From the IMG/VR virus record IMGVR_UViG_3300025778_000009: DNA of 64,000 nucleotides; one strand, written 5' to 3'. The position numbers and the translations under genes are program-made. Under the pieces are notes generated by a model. That model saw only the letters and a program-made list of their open reading frames with translations, did no database searches and was not told the origin of the DNA. The stretch is from a virus (taxonomy: Duplodnaviria > Heunggongvirae > Uroviricota > Caudoviricetes). Of the stretch, positions 1 to 7,530 are shown piece by piece; position 1 is the first letter of the stretch; every line of letters starts with the position of its first letter.

Positions 1-44
1 TTCAGACGAGTCCGCCTCGTGGTGAGGCAAACAAAATTCACTCT
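1..44 (+). ncRNA. 3' part of a Y-RNA-like array unit, truncated by the window edge
   Basis: Ends TCACTCT followed by the array linker GTTGATTTT-AG; internal hairpin GCCTC-GTGGT-GAGGC (14-28). Confidence 0.55.
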
Positions 45-53
45 GTTGATTTT

Positions 54-164
54 AGGTTGTTTACAGCATATTTTTGCGCTTGTAGTGCCGGGTCGTGGGT
101 TCGAATCCCACCGGGAGCTCCTTGCTTCTGTAGCTCAGTGGGTAGAGCACGTAAAAGACAACCT
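54..164 (+). ncRNA. yrlA: YrlA-type Y RNA: circularly permuted tRNA-like module inside a closing stem
   Basis: Closing stem AGGTTGT(54-60)/ACAACCT(158-164). T arm GTGGG-TTCGAAT-CCCAC (95-111) comes before an acceptor-like stem CGGGAGC/GCTTCTG closed by TCCTT, then D arm GCTC-AGTGGGTA-GAGC (133-148). No CCA end. Ro-like gene 1.4 kb downstream. Confidence 0.8.
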
Positions 165-251
165 GTTGATTTTATTGAGAAAAAACTAACCTATTGAAAT
201 ATAACGATTTTTTTATAGAAAAAACTCAATGATTTCAAGGTCATATTTCTG

Positions 252-280
252 TTGACTTTATATCCATTCTATCCTATTAT
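252..280 (+). promoter_or_regulatory. sigma70-type early promoter
   Basis: TTGACT-N17-TATTAT. Confidence 0.65.
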
Positions 281-657
281 AATAATATAAGGAATCGATG
301 AACACTATTATTGTATTACGAGAGGTTAGCTATGAAGCTTTATAGGATCCGTTCTGGAAACCGTTGGTATGTTGGACAACGAGTCTCTGAAACCTTTGGC
401 AAGGATGAAGATGCTGGCGCCATTTTCAGGAATCGTGAAAAAGCAGAGCGTGAGATCCGTTCTCATTCCAAGAACTCTAACGGATACGATTTCACCGATC
501 CTAAGATGGCATGGCGCAAGAAGGAACATGATCGCTGGACTAACGCTGTCGTGGTTGAATATGATCTTGTGAGGATTGTTAACTAGATCGTTACAAAATT
601 TCGGTTGGCAGAATCCAAAATGGTGCTATTCTATCCTATTATAATAATATAAGGAAT
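266..657 (+). repeat. 30-bp exact direct repeat of the -10/leader region (266-295 and 628-657)
   Basis: ATTCTATCCTATTATAATAATATAAGGAAT occurs twice, each ahead of a small gene. Confidence 0.85.
332..586 (+). CDS. hypothetical early phage protein
   Basis: ORF 311..586; ATG at 332 with GAGGT RBS. Confidence 0.7.
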   Translation: MKLYRIRSGNRWYVGQRVSETFGKDEDAGAIFRNREKAEREIRSHSKNSNGYDFTDPKMAWRKKEHDRWTNAVVVEYDLVRIVN

Positions 658-669
658 GGAGATAAAGAT

Positions 670-878
670 ATGTCCGACGCCGATATAATCAACGCGAGAA
701 TCAAGCTTTTCAAAAAAAGAGTCTCTCAGCTCTGGGCAAAGCATATACTACACCAACGTTCTACCGCACTTGGCAAACCCAGTCAGTTTGTGCTCTCACA
801 GAAGCGGAGATTGATGAGGTCAAGGCTTATAGGGATGAGATCCCTGCCCTAGAGCAACTTCTCGCGAAGAAGGATTAA
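670..878 (+). CDS. hypothetical protein, probably frameshifted at the A7 tract 712-718
   Basis: GGAG RBS. The -1 frame reads LSALGKAYTTPTFYRTW...LEQLLAKKD* and ends at 878, next to the following gene. Confidence 0.5.
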
Positions 879-882
879 TGAT

Positions 883-1122
883 ATGAAGCCGTTGATATTT
901 ATTGGTGTAGTTGTTGTTGGTGTTGTGAGTCTCGCCGTTGCAGCTGGTATATATGATCAGAATCAATGGAATGATTTTTCCGCAGCTCACGATTGCAAGT
1001 TGGTTGGTCATAAGAACTCAACTGTTGGCTATGGTTTGACACCGTCTGGCAAAATGGGCACGGTAATCCTTCCTGAAGAAAATTCTTACCTTTGCGATGA
1101 TGGTGTAACATATACTCGTTAA
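883..1122 (+). CDS. small membrane-anchored hypothetical protein
   Basis: N-terminal hydrophobic helix, two Cys. Confidence 0.7.
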   Translation: MKPLIFIGVVVVGVVSLAVAAGIYDQNQWNDFSAAHDCKLVGHKNSTVGYGLTPSGKMGTVILPEENSYLCDDGVTYTR

Positions 1123-1147
1123 TTATATAGGAAATGGAGATAGGGAT

Positions 1148-1345
1148 ATGAAAAAGCAATATCGCATCTTTGTTATGGAATCAGAACGGGGATGGGGTCA
1201 GAGATATGAACAGTGGGATTACGATACGTATGAAGAAGCAAAAGCAGCCATTCATCGAATCAATTCTGATAATACTGCACCAACTGCTCCTGATTGGTAC
1301 ATGCAAGCAGAAGATCGTGTTGAGGTAGTCGAAGTTAAAGTATAA
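1148..1345 (+). CDS. hypothetical phage protein (ESERGWG motif)
   Basis: ORF with GGAG RBS. Confidence 0.7.
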   Translation: MKKQYRIFVMESERGWGQRYEQWDYDTYEEAKAAIHRINSDNTAPTAPDWYMQAEDRVEVVEVKV

Positions 1346-1353
1346 AAAGTTTT

Positions 1354-1545
1354 AGGGTCAGTTCAGCAACCAATTTTGCACGCCTGAATAGCAAAAAAAG
1401 TTGACCCTGTTGATTTTAGGATCTCTACAGCATAATCGCCGTAAGGCACTTTTTTTTGGAGAAAGCAGAGTAGATCCTGTTGATTTTAGATTCAGTTCCG
1501 CAACAAAAACAAATTTTGTATCGAAAACAAAACCAAGTTGAATCT
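1354..1545 (+). ncRNA. tandem array of three Y-RNA-like stem-closed units (1354-1408, 1418-1478, 1488-1545)
   Basis: Stems AGGGTCA/TGACCCT, AGGATCT/AGATCCT, AGATTCA/TGAATCT covary. C(A/C)GCA lies 3 nt after each 5' arm. Identical GTTGATTTT linkers. Ends 22 nt before the Ro-like gene. Confidence 0.75.
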
Positions 1546-1567
1546 GTAGTAAAAATGGAGAAGTGAA

Positions 1568-3001
1568 ATGACTACATTTGCAAACGCCGTTAAGAATCAG
1601 TCTGCACGTACTGAGAACGGTATGATGGCTCGTGCATCTACTGCTAACGCTCTTACTGATCTTTTCTTTAAGATTGGTGCAATGCGTGGCAAGAACGTAA
1701 TTCCAGATTGGACTGCTGCTCGTGTTCAAGATGCTAATATCGCTGGTCGTATTGCATTGTGGGCTCGTGACGTTCGCGGTGGTGCTGGTGAGCGTAAGAT
1801 CTTCCGTGACATCCTTTTGGATCTTGTTAATACAGATCAAGATCGTACACGTGCAATGATGAACAAGGTACCTGAGCTTGGTCGTTGGGATGACTTGCTC
1901 GTTTTTGTAGGTACTGATCTTCAAAACGAAGCGTTTGAAATGATCCGTCAAGCTCTTAATGAAGGCAATGGTCTCTGTGCTAAGTGGATGCCTCGTCAAG
2001 GTGAAGTAGCTGCAAAGCTTCGTACTCACTTTGGTTGGTCTCCTAAGTATTACCGTAAGCGTTTGGTTGAATTGACTAAGGTCGTTGAGACTCAGATGTG
2101 TGCAAAGGACTGGGATAACATTAACTTCAATCACGTTCCTTCTGTTGCTTCTGCTCGTTACAAGAAGGCTTTCTCACGTCACACTGAGAAGTATAAGGAA
2201 TGGGTTATGAAGCTTGTTTCTGATAAGCCAGAAGAACGTGCAGAGGTTAAGGTCAACGCTGGTGCAGTATATCCATACGATGTATTGAAGGGTGTGATCG
2301 GTTCTTATGGCGTAGCTTACGACAAGTCTAACTTGGGTCATATTGTTGCACAATGGGAAGCGCTTCCTAACTATGTTGGTGATGCAAACATTCTTCCTCT
2401 TGTTGACGTATCTGGTTCAATGTCTTGTAAGGCTGGTGGTATTAACTCTAAGTCTCAGACTACTTGTATGGAAGTTGCTGTATCTCTTGGTCTCTACCTT
2501 GCAGATAAGAACAAGGGTAAGTTCAAGGACACTTTCCTGACTTTCTCTGGTCGACCACAATTGCTTAACTTGCAGGGTAATATCCTTGATAAGATCAAGC
2601 AAATGGTCTCTTCTGATTGGCAAATGAATACTGACTTGGTTGCAGCCGTTCAAAAGATCTTGAATGTTGCAGTTGAGAACAATGTTCCTCAAGAAGAAAT
2701 GCCAGCAGTATTGTTAATCTTGTCTGACATGCAATTTGACCGTTGTGCACAGTTTGATGACTCTGCTATGCAAATGATTGCACGTAAGTATTCAGAATTT
2801 GGTTATACAATGCCTAACATTGTGTTCTGGAATCTGAATGCTGCAGACAATGTGCCTGCTAAGTTCAATGAACAAGGTGTGGCTCTTGTGTCTGGCTTCT
2901 CACCAGCGATTGTCAAAGGTGTTCTCGCCGCTGATCTTGATAACTTTACACCAGAAGCTATCATGCTGAAGACAATCATGGCCGAGCGCTACGATTACTA
3001 A
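1568..3001 (+). CDS. Ro60/TROVE-like protein with C-terminal vWA domain (DUF2828 type)
   Basis: RTENG, RDVRGGAGER, GRWDDL, AKWMPR; MIDAS motif DVSGS; SDMQFD; IVFWNL. Confidence 0.8.
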   Translation: MTTFANAVKNQSARTENGMMARASTANALTDLFFKIGAMRGKNVIPDWTAARVQDANIAGRIALWARDVRGGAGERKIFRDILLDLVNTDQDRTRAMMNKVPELGRWDDLLVFVGTDLQNEAFEMIRQALNEGNGLCAKWMPRQGEVAAKLRTHFGWSPKYYRKRLVELTKVVETQMCAKDWDNINFNHVPSVASARYKKAFSRHTEKYKEWVMKLVSDKPEERAEVKVNAGAVYPYDVLKGVIGSYGVAYDKSNLGHIVAQWEALPNYVGDANILPLVDVSGSMSCKAGGINSKSQTTCMEVAVSLGLYLADKNKGKFKDTFLTFSGRPQLLNLQGNILDKIKQMVSSDWQMNTDLVAAVQKILNVAVENNVPQEEMPAVLLILSDMQFDRCAQFDDSAMQMIARKYSEFGYTMPNIVFWNLNAADNVPAKFNEQGVALVSGFSPAIVKGVLAADLDNFTPEAIMLKTIMAERYDY

Positions 3002-3005
3002 TAAA

Positions 3006-3028
3006 TAGAGGGGAAGCATTCCCCTCTA
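3006..3028 (+). terminator. stem-loop after the Ro-like gene
   Basis: TAGAGGGGAA-GCA-TTCCCCTCTA; weak U tract. Confidence 0.55.
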
Positions 3029-3067
3029 ATACTTTAAATCCATAAAAAAATAATGAAAGAAATATAA

Positions 3068-3490
3068 GTGACTAAAACAATTGGATTTACCTGTTCTACA
3101 TTTGATTTGTTTCATGCAGGCCATGTAGCTATGCTTGAAGAAGCAAAACAACAATGCGATTGGTTAATTGTAGGTCTTCAAGCAGATCCTTCTGTTGATA
3201 GACCTGAAAAAAATAAACCCATCCAAAGTTTAACAGAACGACAGATACAAGTCAGAGCTTGCAAATATGTTGATGAAATTATTGTTTATTCAACAGAATT
3301 GGAACTTTTAGAAATTCTTTGCATGCTTCCAATAGATGTCCGTATATTAGGTTCAGAATATGAAAATAAAAATTTTACTGGACATCATCTTAAACATATG
3401 AGATATTACTTTAATAAAAGAGATCATGGTTTTAGTACATCCGAATTAAGAAAAAGGATTGCTAATGCTGAAAATGCCAAGCGGGTATGA
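3068..3490 (+). CDS. tagD: glycerol-3-phosphate cytidylyltransferase-like (TagD family)
   Basis: FDLFHAGH (HxGH), KYVDE, RDHGFSTSELR; stop codon lies inside tRNA-Gly. Confidence 0.8.
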   Translation: MTKTIGFTCSTFDLFHAGHVAMLEEAKQQCDWLIVGLQADPSVDRPEKNKPIQSLTERQIQVRACKYVDEIIVYSTELELLEILCMLPIDVRILGSEYENKNFTGHHLKHMRYYFNKRDHGFSTSELRKRIANAENAKRV

Positions 3491-3554
3491 TGTAGAGGTA
3501 ACCTGTCACCTTGCCAAGGTGAACTCGCCAGTTCGATTCTGGCTACCCGCTCCA
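3481..3554 (+). tRNA. tRNA-Gly(GCC)
   Basis: Cloverleaf; TCACC-TTGCCAA-GGTGA; TTCGA; encoded CCA. Confidence 0.93.
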
Positions 3555-3571
3555 ATTTTTTATGGTGACTT

Positions 3572-4177
3572 ATGGAAGACACTGAAAGCCTAGCTTGGAA
3601 GAATACAGAGATTGAAGATCTCTGGATCTTTGATAAATTAATTCTTTCAAAAAAACTAGGATATATTTGTGGACCAGTTGGCGTCGATGTTCCAGTTCCT
3701 GGAAATTATATTGTCCGACCATGCGTTAATATACCTGGAATGGGTAGAGGCGCAGAAGTAAAATTTATAGAAAAAGATACTTATAATATGACACCTGGTC
3801 ATTTCTGGTGTGAATTATTTAATGGTAGACACATCAGTGTTGACTATAAAAATGGCAATCAAGCACTTGCAGTTGAAGGCTTAAGATATAAAGACAAGAA
3901 TGAGCTTTGGCGTTTTAGTATGTGGAAGAAATTGGATGAAAATATTCCACTACCTTCTATCTTTTATAGCTTGACTAAAAAATATGAATACGTTAATATA
4001 GAATTTATAGATGGAAATCCAATAGAGGTTCATCTAAGGAATAATCCAGACTTTGAGTATAACAACACAATAGCAATTCCTGTATGGAATGATCAAAAAG
4101 ATCCTGAATTGGACGTTACTGGATTGAGATATGTTATGGATCCTTGCTACCATAGAAAAGGATTCTGGATAGACTGA
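3572..4177 (+). CDS. conserved myophage protein, possibly ATP-grasp-like
   Basis: YIVRP..N..GMG, GRHISVDY, NIEFI..IEVHLRNNPDF. Confidence 0.55.
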   Translation: MEDTESLAWKNTEIEDLWIFDKLILSKKLGYICGPVGVDVPVPGNYIVRPCVNIPGMGRGAEVKFIEKDTYNMTPGHFWCELFNGRHISVDYKNGNQALAVEGLRYKDKNELWRFSMWKKLDENIPLPSIFYSLTKKYEYVNIEFIDGNPIEVHLRNNPDFEYNNTIAIPVWNDQKDPELDVTGLRYVMDPCYHRKGFWID

Positions 4178-4187
4178 GGAGGTCAAA

Positions 4188-4688
4188 ATGCATAGACAAC
4201 AAATGAATATCAATCAAGTAGCTGAGTTTATCAATGCTCAGTCTGCTGATACCAAGATTTACATTGGTGGTGATTCAGAACGATTTCTAATAGACAATGT
4301 CTGGCATGCTGACTATACTCTTGCTGTTGTTGTTCACTATGGTGGCAATCGTGGTTGTAAGATCTTTGGTGAAGTTGTTCGTGAAAGAGACTTTGATCAA
4401 CAAAAAGACAAACCACGTATGCGACTTATGAATGAAGTAATGAAAATTGCTGATTTGTATTTGAAGTTAGCAGAAGTGTTGGAGGATCGTCATGTTGAAG
4501 TACATCTTGACATTAATCCAGATGAGCATCACGGTAGTTCTTGCGTTATCAATGAAGCAACAGGATATATTCGTGGAATGTGTAATGTCGTGCCTTTGGT
4601 TAAGCCAAACGCTTTTGCTGCATCTTACTGCGCTGACCGATTGAAGGAAATTTTATATAATCAAGAAAATACAAAAAAAGCTAGTTAA
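4188..4688 (+). CDS. RNase H-like YkuK family protein
   Basis: YIGGDS, RLMNEV, VEVHLDIN, KPNAFAASYCAD. Confidence 0.75.
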   Translation: MHRQQMNINQVAEFINAQSADTKIYIGGDSERFLIDNVWHADYTLAVVVHYGGNRGCKIFGEVVRERDFDQQKDKPRMRLMNEVMKIADLYLKLAEVLEDRHVEVHLDINPDEHHGSSCVINEATGYIRGMCNVVPLVKPNAFAASYCADRLKEILYNQENTKKAS

Positions 4689-4695
4689 AATGCGG

Positions 4696-4736
4696 CCTCC
4701 TATGCTGCTGATATATAAATAGTAAAGCATAGGAGG
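4696..4736 (+). promoter_or_regulatory. RBS-sequestering hairpin with a T4-type late promoter in its loop
   Basis: CCTCCTATGCT(4696-4706) pairs with AGCATAGGAGG(4726-4736); TATAAATA at 4714-4721. Confidence 0.85.
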
Positions 4737-4741
4737 TTAAT

Positions 4742-5380
4742 ATGAATTATTTAACTGTATATAATAGCATTATAGAAAAATCTAAGTGTAGAGTAAACGA
4801 TATGTATGTAGAAAAACATCATATTATTCCTAAATGCATTGGAGGAAATAACAACTCAGATAATTTAGTTTCTTTAACTTATAGGGAACATTTTATATGT
4901 CATTGGCTATTATGTAAAATATATCCAGATAACTATAAACTAAAAGCTGCATTTGCAAAAATGTTAGAGTCAAATAAAAACAACAAACGTATAACTTCTT
5001 CTTATATGTTTGATGCAGTTAAAAGAAATTTAAAAGATACTCAATACCCGTGGTTAAGAAATTTAGAACCATGGAACAAAGGTAAAAAAGGTTTGCAAGT
5101 TCCTTGGAATAAAGGTATTAAAACAGGACCTGCTACGGAAGAAAGAAAAAAGAAATCTTCAGAAACTCTTAAAAAGAAATATAAAACATTAGAACATCAT
5201 AGAAAAAATAAATCACCATGGAACAAAGGTAAAAAAGGTTTGCAAGTTCCTTGGAATAAAGGTATAGAAACTGTTAAAGAAGAATGTCCACATTGTAATA
5301 AAATGGTTGATAGGTTAAATATGAAAAAATGGCATGGTGATAAATGTAAACTATCACCTCTTAATAGGAGTATATTATGA
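4742..5380 (+). CDS. free-standing HNH homing endonuclease with PWNKG (NUMOD-like) repeats
   Basis: EKHHIIPKCIGG..N..NLV.LT.REHFICHWLL; four PWNKG; C-terminal CPHC. Confidence 0.85.
   Translation: MNYLTVYNSIIEKSKCRVNDMYVEKHHIIPKCIGGNNNSDNLVSLTYREHFICHWLLCKIYPDNYKLKAAFAKMLESNKNNKRITSSYMFDAVKRNLKDTQYPWLRNLEPWNKGKKGLQVPWNKGIKTGPATEERKKKSSETLKKKYKTLEHHRKNKSPWNKGKKGLQVPWNKGIETVKEECPHCNKMVDRLNMKKWHGDKCKLSPLNRSIL
5068..5265 (+). repeat. 51-bp exact direct repeat inside the HNH gene (5068-5118, 5215-5265)
   Basis: ACCATGGAACAAAGGTAAAAAAGGTTTGCAAGTTCCTTGGAATAAAGGTAT occurs twice. Confidence 0.85.
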
Positions 5381-5592
5381 CATTGATGTTACCAGAAGAT
5401 GTAGAACATTTCCAGACTAAACTTGATCGTGTTATTCAAAAAGATACGATTGATTCTTGGACTTATGTTAAAGTTCTTCAACATGAAATTGAATATCTTA
5501 AAAGTCAATTTCAGGATCATGATACAGGACATTTGAGAACAGCAGTCAGTGTTCTTGAGAATCGTGTGAGAGATTTACGTATACAAATGTAA
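5377..5592 (+). CDS. hypothetical phage protein
   Basis: ORF with AGGAG RBS. Confidence 0.7.
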   Translation: MTLMLPEDVEHFQTKLDRVIQKDTIDSWTYVKVLQHEIEYLKSQFQDHDTGHLRTAVSVLENRVRDLRIQM

Positions 5593-5600
5593 TAACAATT

Positions 5601-5674
5601 GCGGAGTTGGTATATGGGTTGTGCCCCAGGTTTCCAACCTGTAGAAACGAGTTCGAATCTCGTACTCCGCTCCA
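5601..5674 (+). tRNA. tRNA-Gly(TCC)
   Basis: Cloverleaf; anticodon loop TTTCCAA; TCCA end. Confidence 0.92.
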
Positions 5675-5745
5675 ATACAAGTGGTTGTGTTTTTGCTGAG
5701 AAGAAACACACGTAAGAGAAACTCAGAATCTGCCACTTACTTTAT

Positions 5746-5820
5746 GGGCTGTTAGTGATAATGGTAGCACGACGCGTTTGCACCGCGTAGGCTGGAGTTC
5801 GATTCTCCAACGGTCCACCA
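5746..5820 (+). tRNA. tRNA-Ala(TGC)
   Basis: ACGCG-TTTGCAC-CGCGT; G3:U70 pair; ACCA end. Confidence 0.92.
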
Positions 5821-5833
5821 CTAAGGTTTAATT

Positions 5834-6298
5834 ATGCAAATAGTAAAAGTAACAGGTTTTAAAAAACATTACGCATTTACCTATCTTATGAAGATAGAAC
5901 ATGCATGCTTTAACGGTGATTATATTACAAAAAAAGATTTTAAAACCAATTACGAAAGAACTTTTTTTCTTTTAGACATTGATCAAAATATTATTGGTTA
6001 CTATATGTGGTATCCTGAAAATGGTTATGCCTATCTTTACAGCCTTGCTATAGATAAATATTATCAAGGTAATGGTTATTCAAAGCTAATGCTAGATCAT
6101 TTTCTAGCCAATAGTGGGCATAATATACATTGCTTGCACGTAAAAGATATTAACGATAAAGCTAGACAACTTTATAAAAATTATGGGTTTATAGAATCTA
6201 CAGTAGTAAATAATTTTTATGAAGATGGTGCTCCTGCAATAACAATGTACAAAAAGATAAATGAAACACAAAATAGTCCACTTGTTTGGAAACATTGA
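5834..6298 (+). CDS. GNAT N-acetyltransferase (RimI-like)
   Basis: LAIDKYYQGNGYSK, LHV...N.KARQLYKNYGF, FYEDG..A. Confidence 0.8.
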   Translation: MQIVKVTGFKKHYAFTYLMKIEHACFNGDYITKKDFKTNYERTFFLLDIDQNIIGYYMWYPENGYAYLYSLAIDKYYQGNGYSKLMLDHFLANSGHNIHCLHVKDINDKARQLYKNYGFIESTVVNNFYEDGAPAITMYKKINETQNSPLVWKH

Positions 6299-6947
6299 TG
6301 ACTATGATCTACAAACATATCGATTAGATCTTGATCCAGAAGACACCAAAGAGAGTGAGATTCTAGATAATGGTTGGTATGTTTTTAATGGTCGATGGAT
6401 TGCTAATCGTCTTGTAAGGCTTGATCTTTCCAAATATACAAAAGAACCTAAACAGATTAAAGGCTATGAATTTGTCTTTAAAGAACGTTTAGATGATCAT
6501 TCAGAAGTTGATAGGGTATTTCAAACCTTTATCAAGCTAAGAGGCCTCAGTCCAATTTACAGTGTAACTTGTGATCCTGAGAGAACTTCTTGGCTTTTAG
6601 TTTATAAAAATAACATTCTAGTTGCATTCACAAAGTTTACAAACTATGAAGGCGCATTAGAAAGTCAATTCACTGCCTGGGATTATTCAGAACCAAAAAT
6701 ATCTCTTGGTGTAAAGATAGTTGATTATGAAGTTATGCATGCCAGAAAAAAAGGTTATCCATTTCTTTATATTGGGCCAGGTTATGGGGCAATAGCAGCT
6801 TATAAATCTAGATTTCAAGGCTTTGAATGGTGGACTGGCTCAGAATGGTCTAAGGATATCGATAAATATGTTGAAGCTTGTAACAGAGATTCTACTATTA
6901 AGACTCTCGATGATTTAAATAGATTGTTTAACGACCCAAATGCATAA
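6261..6947 (+). CDS. aminoacyl-tRNA-protein transferase-like (ATE1/Bpt C-terminal type)
   Basis: WDYSEPKISLG...EVMHARKKGYPFLYIG.GY...AYKSRF resembles the ATE_C pattern SLG...YLYLGY..YKxxF. Confidence 0.65.
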   Translation: MKHKIVHLFGNIDDYDLQTYRLDLDPEDTKESEILDNGWYVFNGRWIANRLVRLDLSKYTKEPKQIKGYEFVFKERLDDHSEVDRVFQTFIKLRGLSPIYSVTCDPERTSWLLVYKNNILVAFTKFTNYEGALESQFTAWDYSEPKISLGVKIVDYEVMHARKKGYPFLYIGPGYGAIAAYKSRFQGFEWWTGSEWSKDIDKYVEACNRDSTIKTLDDLNRLFNDPNA

Positions 6948-7458
6948 AAGACATACTCAGTTAATTAAAGACTTGACTTTTAAAGCTCACAAAATGCTTA
7001 ACGACCCTAAGGTGAAAGCCAGAGTCGATCAAGAAGTTACAATTAATAGAAAGTATGACGTTCCTTTTATTGCTGGTTATTCTAAAGATGGTAAAACAAT
7101 CTATATTGACAGACACTTCAATCCAATGTTTGGAAAGATAGATGTTACACCTTATTTGTTAATTCATGAAAAGACTGAAAAGGCTTTGTTGGATTATTAT
7201 CATTTAGATTATCAACAAGCACACCATCTTGCAACTCACAATGAACATATGCATGTCAAAGCTGATGGTATAGATTGGCGTAAGTATACGGATCATTATG
7301 ATCCTTATGAAAAGAATCTAGAGCACGAACATTTGACAAAAGTTCCTCCAGATTTAGATCTTGAACCTTATAGAGACGAGCATGATCCTAACTTCAAGAA
7401 GTTACAAGACTTGCAAAAAAAAGAAATAAAGTTTAATATAGTAAATAAGCGCGTGTAG
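6940..7458 (+). CDS. His-rich hypothetical protein (HExxE motif, possibly metal-binding)
   Basis: AGYSKDGKTIYID, IHEKTEK, YQQAHHLA; stop codon lies inside tRNA-Leu. Confidence 0.6.
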   Translation: MHKRHTQLIKDLTFKAHKMLNDPKVKARVDQEVTINRKYDVPFIAGYSKDGKTIYIDRHFNPMFGKIDVTPYLLIHEKTEKALLDYYHLDYQQAHHLATHNEHMHVKADGIDWRKYTDHYDPYEKNLEHEHLTKVPPDLDLEPYRDEHDPNFKKLQDLQKKEIKFNIVNKRV

Positions 7459-7525
7459 TCCAATTGGTAGAGGCGCCAGTCTTAGAAACTGGATGTTGAA
7501 GGTTCGAGTCCCTCCACGCGCACCA
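7449..7525 (+). tRNA. tRNA-Leu(TAG) with a short variable loop
   Basis: CCAGT-CTTAGAA-ACTGG; 5-nt variable loop; ACCA end. Confidence 0.88.
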
Positions 7526-7530
7526 TTTCT

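Noticed and set aside
158-174. IHF-site (WATCAANNNNTTR) explanation of the linker
   Set aside because: Only this copy matches fully, on the minus strand; it does not explain the covarying stems or the permuted tRNA.
1354-1545. CRISPR mini-array reading of the CTGTTGATTTTAG repeats
   Set aside because: The repeat is only about 13 bp, the intervening units are self-complementary with a shared internal motif, and no cas genes are in the window.
1358-2134. 258-aa minus-strand ORF
   Set aside because: Antisense shadow of the Ro-like gene and RNA array, with no recognisable motifs. The other short antisense and nested ORFs in the track were dismissed likewise.
5695-5722. Hammerhead ribozyme (CTGAGAA...GAAA)
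   Set aside because: The core should be CUGANGA and the flanking stems do not fit.
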